Both the position numbers and the translations under genes were made by a program. A model generated the notes under the pieces. It was not told the DNA's origin. It ran no database searches and saw only the letters and a list, made by a program, of their open reading frames with translations. Shown one piece after another: positions 49,771-56,284 of a stretch of DNA of 56,284 bases. Source of the stretch: an uncultured Eubacteriales bacterium. Its GTDB lineage: Bacteria > Bacillota > Clostridia > Christensenellales > RUG350. The stretch covers positions 1 through 56,284 of the forward strand of contig ONBF01000004.1 in the NCBI GenBank assembly GCA_900315995.1, in the 5' to 3' direction. Numbering within the stretch: the first letter of the stretch is position 1; each line of letters opens with the position of its first letter.

Positions 49771-50304
49771 ATGAAAAGTTTTGTTTTCGGGTTTATCGGC
49801 GCAGTTGCGCTTATCGTGATAATAATCTTATCTTCAAACGGCGGAAACGCTAACGAAGAATATATAAGGATACATATACGGGCGAACAGCAATTCACAAG
49901 TCGATCAGAACGTCAAGTATAAAGTAAAAGACGAAGTAGTCGAATATCTGTCACAGTACGTCTCGGGTTGTAAGACGAAAGCCGAAGCGTACGAAGCGGT
50001 AAAGTCGAAGGAAAGCGAACTGTCAAGCATTGCGACGAACGTTTTACGCCGAGAAGGTTTTACGTATTCGGCAAAAGCGACGCTTAAAAAAGAAGAATTT
50101 CCGATAAGAACATATAACGACACGACGCTCGACGAAGGAGTGTACGACGCGCTTATTATCGAACTCGGAACGGGCGACGGCGATAACTGGTGGTGCGTAC
50201 TGTTTCCCCCGCTTTGTTTTGTTTCAAGTGAAGAAACAGGCGAACACAACGTGAAATACAAATCGAAAATTCTCGAAATAGTCGGATATTACGGAGGTGA
50301 ATAA
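49771..50304 (+). CDS. spoIIR: Stage II sporulation protein R
   Basis: N-terminal TM/signal, IRIHIRANSNSQVDQNVKYKVKDEV, and WWCVLFPPLCF. Confidence 0.9.
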   Translation: MKSFVFGFIGAVALIVIIILSSNGGNANEEYIRIHIRANSNSQVDQNVKYKVKDEVVEYLSQYVSGCKTKAEAYEAVKSKESELSSIATNVLRREGFTYSAKATLKKEEFPIRTYNDTTLDEGVYDALIIELGTGDGDNWWCVLFPPLCFVSSEETGEHNVKYKSKILEIVGYYGGE

Positions 50305-50990
50305 TGAGAAGAAGAAAGATAGTGACTGCCCTGCTTGTTTTCGTTATGGCGGTTACGGCGATGACGTGTTTTATCGTAATTCCCGCTTCGGCAAGCGAAG
50401 AAACAGCCGTCGTAAAAAGCGGCAGCACGGGCGCGACGGTAAAAAAAATTCAACAGCTTTTGAAAAATCAAGGGTTTTATACGGGTGCCGTTGACGGAAT
50501 TTACGGGTCAAAAACGGTCGCCGCGGTTAAAGCGTATCAAAAGCGGTTCGGGCTTACTGTTGACGGAATAGTCGGGACGAAGACCGCGGCTTATATGGGC
50601 ATAAGTCTGTCGGATAATTCTTCGTCGTCGGGATACTCTTCGTCCGACTTGTATCTGCTTGCCCGTCTTGTAAACGGTGAAGCGCGCGGCGAACCTTATA
50701 CGGGACAAGTAGCGGTTGCAGCCGTAGTTTTGAACCGTGTAAAGAGCGCGTCTTTCCCGAATACCGTTTCGGGAGTTATCTATCAAAGCAACGCGTTTAC
50801 AAGCGTTTCGGACGGACAAATCAATCTTGCCCCGTCCGAGAGTGCGAAGAAAGCCGCGCAGGACGCAATGAACGGTTGGGATCCGACGGGCGGCTGTCTG
50901 TATTTCTACAACCCCGCAACGTCTACGAGCAAGTGGATATGGTCGAGAACCGTAGTCGTTAAAATAGGTAAGCATAACTTTGCATTGTAA
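50304..50990 (+). CDS. sleB: Spore cortex-lytic enzyme (SleB-type: PG-binding domain + Hydrolase_2 domain)
   Basis: Signal peptide. PG_binding_1 motif (GSTGATVKKIQQLL...VDGIYGSKT). LLARLVNGEARGEPYTGQVAVAAVVLNRV. Confidence 0.88.
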   Translation: MRRRKIVTALLVFVMAVTAMTCFIVIPASASEETAVVKSGSTGATVKKIQQLLKNQGFYTGAVDGIYGSKTVAAVKAYQKRFGLTVDGIVGTKTAAYMGISLSDNSSSSGYSSSDLYLLARLVNGEARGEPYTGQVAVAAVVLNRVKSASFPNTVSGVIYQSNAFTSVSDGQINLAPSESAKKAAQDAMNGWDPTGGCLYFYNPATSTSKWIWSRTVVVKIGKHNFAL

Positions 50991-50999
50991 GGAGTGAAA

Positions 51000-52301
51000 A
51001 TGAGTAAGAAAGGTTTAATTATAATGAGCGTATTTTTCGGAATATGCACGCTTATATTTATCGGGACGACGGCTTATACCGCAAGCGAGCGGAACGAATA
51101 CAAAACGAGACTTGAAAACGGCAGTCGCAGAAGTTATTACGACCTTGTAGCCGAAATAAACGATATGGACATTAAACTCAACAAAATCGTTTTGAGTACG
51201 TCCGCGAATTATCAAAGAGAACTTTTACTCGAAACGTGGCGCGTCGCGGACACAGCGCAGGCAAACGTTGCCTCTCTCTCGACGGGTAACGACTTAATAT
51301 TGAAAACGGTAAAATTCGTAAACCAAACGGGCGACTATTGCAAGTATCTCGAAGAACGCATATCGAGAACGGGTGACGCACTGAGCAAAGATGAAAAGAC
51401 GGCGATTAATAATCTTGCCGAAATCAATACGACGCTTAAAGACGAATTGAATTCGTTCGACATAAATTCGATAAGCGGACTTTCGTTATTCAACGCGGAC
51501 GGCGGAAACGGTTTTATAGATTCGATGAACGAAAACGTGGACGTGTCGATAGACTATCCCGAACTTATTTACGACGGACCGTTTTCGGACAGTATGCTGA
51601 ATAAAGAACCGAAACTCAACGAGCGTGAATATTCGCCCGAAGAGACGATTGAATACGTTAAGAAAGTTTTCGGAATTTCGGAAGAAAACAAAATCGTATA
51701 CGACGGCATACAAGACGGAAAAATCTCAACTTATAATATGAGTTTTGACGACAGTAACGTACAAATCAGCGTAAAAGGAGCGAAACTGCTCTCTTTCAAT
51801 ACCGATTACAGCGTGGAAGAACAAAAACTGTCCGAAAGCGACTGCGTTATTAGAGCGAAAGAATTTGTATTGCTTGCGGGTTTCAATAATATGAAAGACG
51901 TGTGGATAAGCAATTATAACGGCGTAATGTTTATTAATCTCGTATACGAAACGGACGGCGTAATAGTTTACAGCGATATGGTCAAAGTAAAGGTCGCGAG
52001 CGACACGGGCGAAATAATCGGGTTTGACGCGCAAGAGTATCTTATTAACCATTATGACGACCGAACCGTCGAGTCCCCTACGATTATCGAAGAAGAGATA
52101 AGAGCGAAAGCGCCGAGCGATATGAACGTTCAAAATATAACGCTTGCGCTTGTACCGAAAGGGAAAAACGAGATATTGACTTACGAAATATACGGGCAGT
52201 ACAACGGCACCGATTACTTTGTATACGTGGACGCGAAAACTGGTGACGAAGTGAATATACTCGAAGTCATTGACGGAGACAACGGAAGATTACTTGTCTG
52301 A
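51000..52301 (+). CDS. ypeB: Germination protein YpeB
   Basis: N-terminal TM, long helical region, C-terminal PepSY-like repeats. Directly follows sleB. ATG 51000 is 5 nt after aaggag. Confidence 0.85.
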   Translation: MSKKGLIIMSVFFGICTLIFIGTTAYTASERNEYKTRLENGSRRSYYDLVAEINDMDIKLNKIVLSTSANYQRELLLETWRVADTAQANVASLSTGNDLILKTVKFVNQTGDYCKYLEERISRTGDALSKDEKTAINNLAEINTTLKDELNSFDINSISGLSLFNADGGNGFIDSMNENVDVSIDYPELIYDGPFSDSMLNKEPKLNEREYSPEETIEYVKKVFGISEENKIVYDGIQDGKISTYNMSFDDSNVQISVKGAKLLSFNTDYSVEEQKLSESDCVIRAKEFVLLAGFNNMKDVWISNYNGVMFINLVYETDGVIVYSDMVKVKVASDTGEIIGFDAQEYLINHYDDRTVESPTIIEEEIRAKAPSDMNVQNITLALVPKGKNEILTYEIYGQYNGTDYFVYVDAKTGDEVNILEVIDGDNGRLLV

Positions 52302-52496
52302 GCCTTTCACAAGAAAATCGAGAGTTACTTCATAATAATCGGCAAGCGCGCAGAGAACTTCAAGACTCGGGCGCGCTCTCCCCTTTTCGAATTGGCATAG
52401 CGTATTGGCGGCGATACCGACGCGCGCCGCCACGTCTTTGAGCATAAGTTTGCGTTCGCGCCTTAACTTAGATAACTGTGATGCAAGTATGATCAT
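52290..52496 (-). CDS. XRE-family helix-turn-helix transcriptional regulator
   Basis: LSKLRRERKLMLKDVAARVGIAANTLCQFEKGRARPSLEVL. Its 3' end overlaps the ypeB 3' end by 12 nt (convergent genes). Confidence 0.85.
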   Translation of the reverse strand: MIILASQLSKLRRERKLMLKDVAARVGIAANTLCQFEKGRARPSLEVLCALADYYEVTLDFLVKGSDK

Positions 52497-52587
52497 AATT
52501 AAATTATAACGCAAATCATATCGATATGTAAATAATTTTGTAATATAGAATCTATAATATAGAATTTAATCAAAACGGGAAATATAA

Positions 52588-52618
52588 TAAAAAGCCCCCC
52601 TTGAAATTCGGGGGCTTT
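52588..52618 (-). terminator. Rho-independent terminator of the bacteriocin-exporter operon
   Basis: aaagccccc / gggggcttt stem. On the minus strand it is followed by tttttatt. Confidence 0.8.
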
Positions 52619-52734
52619 ACATTTTTACTTTTCACTGAGATTATAAATAAAAATACAGTGTTTTTATATTATCAATAAACTCAACTATTTGACGATTTAT
52701 AGTACGATTAAATAAAAATATATTTCGGACAAAA

Positions 52735-54990
52735 TTATTTATATTCCATTTCCGTAGTATCGTTTACGGTATTTTTAATAATTTTTGAATTTTGAGCGGC
52801 TTTTTCTTTGACTTTTCCGACAGTCCTATTTATTCCCGTATCTTCGCCTATCTGGCTGTTCCAAATTTTATGAAAGATTCCGTCTTTGTTTATTAATTCG
52901 TTAAATGTTCCCGCTTCCGCAATTTCGTTTTTATCTACGACGTAAATTTTATCGCTTTTTCTTATTGTGGAAAGTCTGTGCGCTACTATAATGGTAGTAC
53001 AGTCTAAATTATTAAGCGTTTCGTAAATTTGCGCTTCCGAAATAAAATCGAGATTGCTTGTAGCTTCGTCCAAAATCAAAATTTTCGGTTTTTTGATAAT
53101 TGCGCGAGCAAGTGCCAATCTTTGTCTTTCACCGCCTGAAAGATTTGCGCCCGCTTCTTCGAGATACGTACTGTATTTTGCAGGCAGTTTTTCGATAAAA
53201 TCGGCGCAACCTGCCTTTTTACACGCCGTCTTGATTTCTTCGTAAGTTGCGTCTCTCTTACCGAGTTTTATATTTTCTTCTATCGTACCGCTGAAAAGTT
53301 CAACGTTTTGCGGAACATAAGCAATATCTCTGCGCAAAAGTTTTTTATTCACTTCTTCGATATTGAAACCGTTTATTCTTATATTGCCTTCTTCGGGAGT
53401 CCATAGCCCCAAAATCAATTTAGCCAAAGTAGTTTTTCCGCCACCGCTTTCACCGACAATCGCAACCTTTTCGCCTTGTTTAACGGTTAAAGAAACGTTT
53501 TTTAACACGGGTTGACGACTGCCGTATCGGAAAGTAACGTTTTCTATTTCTATATCTCCGTTTAAGTCGAAGTCGCCTAACAAATTTTCATTATCGGCTT
53601 GTTCTTCTTCGATTTCGTATAGTTCGCTCATACGTTTCATTGCGATATTTGCTTCCTGTATTTGCATTTGGAGACCTACAAGTCTGCCTATCGGATCCAT
53701 AAAGTATGAAGATAATGACATAAACGCCATCATACTGCCGAGCGTTATTTCGCCGTTCATAACAAGCAATGTTGCAATACCCATAAGTACAATATTACCG
53801 ATATTGCCGAAAAACCCCGACAAAGTCCCTTGCACGTTGCCTAAAACGCTTGTTTTGTATCCCGTGCGAATAGCCGAAATATAGCGACTTTCGAGTTTAT
53901 CCATAGTTTCGTCTTCCACTCCGAAACTTTTAACCGTTTCGATACCTTTGAGACTGTCTATTATTTGGCTGTTCAACGCCGCTTGTTTTTCCATATTTTC
54001 CGTATTTAACGTCTTGTACGGCTTCTTGAACGCATATACCAAAATTGCGTTTATTAATGTTATTATCGCAATAATGGCGAACAAAATTTTATTCATAAAG
54101 AATAGAATTATTCCGCTTACTATCGTTAGCAATATATCTATAATCAAAGACAGTATTATTGAACTGAAAATATTTTTGATAGTACCCGCGTCCGAAAATC
54201 TTGTTAAAATATCTCCCGTTCGTCTTGTCCCGAAAAAGTACATCGGCAATGCGAAAATGTGATTGAAATACCCTAACATCAACGGCAAATCTATTTTGAT
54301 TGATAAGTGTAAAAGCAAATGTTGTCTTGCGGCTGACAATAAAATATTGAATATACCTATAATTCCGAACCCTATACAGAATATCAATAATTGATTTTTT
54401 AAGTTATAAGGCAGTATTTCATCCATCAAAATTTTACTGAAAAAACTGCTTGCTATACCGAGTACGGTCAAAATAATGCTGCCTATAATGGCTAAAACAA
54501 ACAGTTTTTTCTGTGCGAATAACAACTTGATAAATCTTCCGAAAACGCCTTTTGTTTTGATTTTATCGGCGATAAACTCGTTTGTCGGCGCGCATAAAAT
54601 TATATATCCGTCGAAATCGTTAAAAAACGCTTCTTTTTTAATTTTATGCAATCCGACGGCGGGATCCGCAACGAGAAGCGAATTTTTGTATATTTTATGA
54701 ATAACGACAAAGTGAGTTAACCCTTCTTTGGTAATAACTCTTGCTATACAAGGCAATGTGAATTTTGTATCGAATATATCGTTTGTTACGCGTCCGACTT
54801 TCGCGTCAAAGCCCAATTTATTAAGCGTCTCGACTATCCCCAGAGCGGTTGCGCCCTTTATATCCGTACCCGACATATCACGTAATTTCGTGATAGTCAT
54901 TTCCTTTTTATATTGTAAACAAACCGTGGCTATACACGCCGCGCCGCAGTCGGTTATATCGTGTTGCTTTACGCACTTATACTTGGACAT
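52735..54990 (-). CDS. Peptidase C39 domain-containing ABC transporter (double-glycine bacteriocin processing/export type)
   Basis: N-terminal C39 motif QHDITDCGAACIATV, six-TM domain, and an NBD (GESGGGKTT, LSGGERQR, LILDEATS). Confidence 0.92.
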   Translation of the reverse strand: MSKYKCVKQHDITDCGAACIATVCLQYKKEMTITKLRDMSGTDIKGATALGIVETLNKLGFDAKVGRVTNDIFDTKFTLPCIARVITKEGLTHFVVIHKIYKNSLLVADPAVGLHKIKKEAFFNDFDGYIILCAPTNEFIADKIKTKGVFGRFIKLLFAQKKLFVLAIIGSIILTVLGIASSFFSKILMDEILPYNLKNQLLIFCIGFGIIGIFNILLSAARQHLLLHLSIKIDLPLMLGYFNHIFALPMYFFGTRRTGDILTRFSDAGTIKNIFSSIILSLIIDILLTIVSGIILFFMNKILFAIIAIITLINAILVYAFKKPYKTLNTENMEKQAALNSQIIDSLKGIETVKSFGVEDETMDKLESRYISAIRTGYKTSVLGNVQGTLSGFFGNIGNIVLMGIATLLVMNGEITLGSMMAFMSLSSYFMDPIGRLVGLQMQIQEANIAMKRMSELYEIEEEQADNENLLGDFDLNGDIEIENVTFRYGSRQPVLKNVSLTVKQGEKVAIVGESGGGKTTLAKLILGLWTPEEGNIRINGFNIEEVNKKLLRRDIAYVPQNVELFSGTIEENIKLGKRDATYEEIKTACKKAGCADFIEKLPAKYSTYLEEAGANLSGGERQRLALARAIIKKPKILILDEATSNLDFISEAQIYETLNNLDCTTIIVAHRLSTIRKSDKIYVVDKNEIAEAGTFNELINKDGIFHKIWNSQIGEDTGINRTVGKVKEKAAQNSKIIKNTVNDTTEMEYK

Positions 54991-54993
54991 ACA

Positions 54994-55467
54994 TTACTCC
55001 TGTTTAAGTGGCATAAACACGTCCGCCGTAAGTCGCTCGTCGTCTTGTTTGACGAAAACGATATATGATTCGTTTGTCAAAGTAAGGTCGTTTTCGTACG
55101 CAAACAGCGTTAATTTGCTTGTGGCATATTGCAAGTATTCCGCTTTGTCGTTAAACCGTGCGAATAAACAATTAGTTACGCGTAATTCCTTCTCAAACTT
55201 ATACGGCAGTTGAATACGAACGTCCGACTGTTGTAATTGCAACATTATTCTTGCGTCGATTATCGGGTTGTTATCCGCGTCCAGCCCTTTAACTCCGCTG
55301 CTGTACATAATCATAGGTCCGACCGCTTTATATCCTTTCGCCTTTATCCAATTCGTAAGCATTTCTATTTGTTTGGATTGATTGAAAATCTCGTCGGACG
55401 GTACTTTGCGCGAAAGTACGTTCGTAAGTTTCAAAACCTTGTTATCTCTGAATTCTATTATCGGCAT
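54994..55467 (-). CDS. Uncharacterised 157-aa cytoplasmic protein (possible GyrI-like / effector-binding fold, tentative)
   Basis: Clean ORF packed between hlyD (22-nt gap) and the C39-ABC gene (3-nt gap). No TM segment or signal peptide. The two halves have similar beta-alpha-beta-beta periodicity by eye. Confidence 0.6.
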   Translation of the reverse strand: MPIIEFRDNKVLKLTNVLSRKVPSDEIFNQSKQIEMLTNWIKAKGYKAVGPMIMYSSGVKGLDADNNPIIDARIMLQLQQSDVRIQLPYKFEKELRVTNCLFARFNDKAEYLQYATSKLTLFAYENDLTLTNESYIVFVKQDDERLTADVFMPLKQE

Positions 55468-55489
55468 ATATCACCTTCTGCTCTTTCGT

Positions 55490-56284
55490 TTATTTCGTTT
55501 TTCCGACAATTTGTTCTATTAACCAGTTAAACCAAGTTGTCTCGTCGTATTTTATTCTGCACTCGACGGGCATACCGTTTGTAATATGAATTACGTTTCC
55601 GTTTTTATCGGTAAGAAACGTCTCCGTCGGAATTACTTTTATTCTGTAATAAATCTGTCCGTCTTCCGTTTGCGTGCTGTCTTTATCTATCTCGACTATG
55701 TTACCTTTCAGCGTTCCGTATTCCGTCTGCGCTATACCGCTTACCGCAATTTCAACATTACTGTCAACGTCTATTTTACTTCTGTCGATTGCGTTTATTC
55801 CCGCGTCGAAATATAAGTTTTCGGTATCACCGCTCGATATTGTGCCAAGCACCACGCTTTGCGAAAGCATTGTACCGACAGTCAAACCCGCCGATAAATG
55901 TATTACTCCGTCAATCTTTGCCGTTATTTTATACTCAGTTAAACTGTCTTTGTACATTTTTAACTGACTTTCTTGCTTCGTTCTCTCGGATATATACTGC
56001 TCTAAATTTGCGTATGCTTGAAGTTGAGTGAGTATTTGCGACTTCATACTGTCCAAACTCTCTTGCGTATACGGGGACTCTTCACTTGCTTGCTCTATTG
56101 ACGATTTTACATATGACTTAAAAGTTTCCGCGTCTGAATACAATTTCACAGTATTTTCGTCGTTTTGATCAAACGGATTTGCTTGCGTGCTTTCGTCGTC
56201 TAATTTATATCCGTTTACATAGTCTATCAACGTTTTGTCGGCTTTAACTCTTTCGTTATATAACTCTGCCATATCTTCTATCTG
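55490..56284 (-). CDS. HlyD-family secretion adaptor (bacteriocin export accessory), 5'-partial at window edge
   Basis: Coiled-coil region, then a beta-barrel region (AKIDGVIH...GMPVECRI). The frame stays open to the last base of the window. Confidence 0.85.
   Translation of the reverse strand, partial: QIEDMAELYNERVKADKTLIDYVNGYKLDDESTQANPFDQNDENTVKLYSDAETFKSYVKSSIEQASEESPYTQESLDSMKSQILTQLQAYANLEQYISERTKQESQLKMYKDSLTEYKITAKIDGVIHLSAGLTVGTMLSQSVVLGTISSGDTENLYFDAGINAIDRSKIDVDSNVEIAVSGIAQTEYGTLKGNIVEIDKDSTQTEDGQIYYRIKVIPTETFLTDKNGNVIHITNGMPVECRIKYDETTWFNWLIEQIVGKTK

Noticed and set aside
52515-52734. Bacteriocin precursor or immunity small ORFs downstream of the C39-ABC gene.
   Set aside because: The region is AT-rich with the operon terminator and has no SD-preceded ORF encoding a GG-leader peptide.

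Overview
About 56 kb of chromosome from a moderate/low-GC, spore-forming Bacillota (Clostridia-like) organism. It spans the replication origin: dnaA and dnaN sit on the minus strand with perfect DnaA boxes between them. Left to right: (1) a tRNA-Arg(CCT) followed by an AT-rich accessory patch holding a membrane protein gene broken by a 50-bp tandem duplication, a frameshifted Fic gene and a DUF4097 protein. (2) An F1Fo ATP synthase operon with no separate delta gene. A delta C-terminal domain is fused in frame to alpha, and the c subunit carries a signal-peptide-like extension. (3) Starting 3 nt after atpC, a response regulator / ABC ATPase / ABC-2 permease / histidine kinase module. (4) A minus-strand sulfur operon (metY-cysK-ridA-rrf2) with a consensus promoter and a short Met/Trp/Cys-containing leader ORF, but no S-box or T-box. 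(5) A 1949-aa AT-rich surface protein (S8 protease + BspA-type LRRs + 81-aa repeats) flanked by two copies of one hairpin element. (6) An Mrp/NBP35 gene, a glf remnant, one intact and one internally deleted CDF transporter, an Fe-ADH, flavodoxins and an AbrB-like + ABC-2 exporter trio. (7) A TPP-riboswitch-controlled thiamine operon (thiM, broken thiE, HAD, thiD, tenA, TPK). (8) tmRNA with an adjacent AT-rich islet carrying a GIY-YIG gene and 32-bp iterated repeats. (9) A UDG-family glycosylase, a heterodimeric ABC exporter pair and a GNAT-like gene. (10) Right of the origin: an MFS transporter, an S51 peptidase, a NatAB-like transporter, spoIIR-sleB-ypeB, an XRE regulator and a bacteriocin-type export operon (HlyD partial / unknown 157 aa / C39-ABC). 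No CRISPR array, transposase, integrase or rRNA was seen. The most unusual points are the ATP synthase architecture, five independent gene lesions within 56 kb, the leader ORF of the sulfur operon, the tmRNA islet, and the uncharacterised gene inside the bacteriocin exporter operon. All family calls come from motif recognition by eye. No searches were run.
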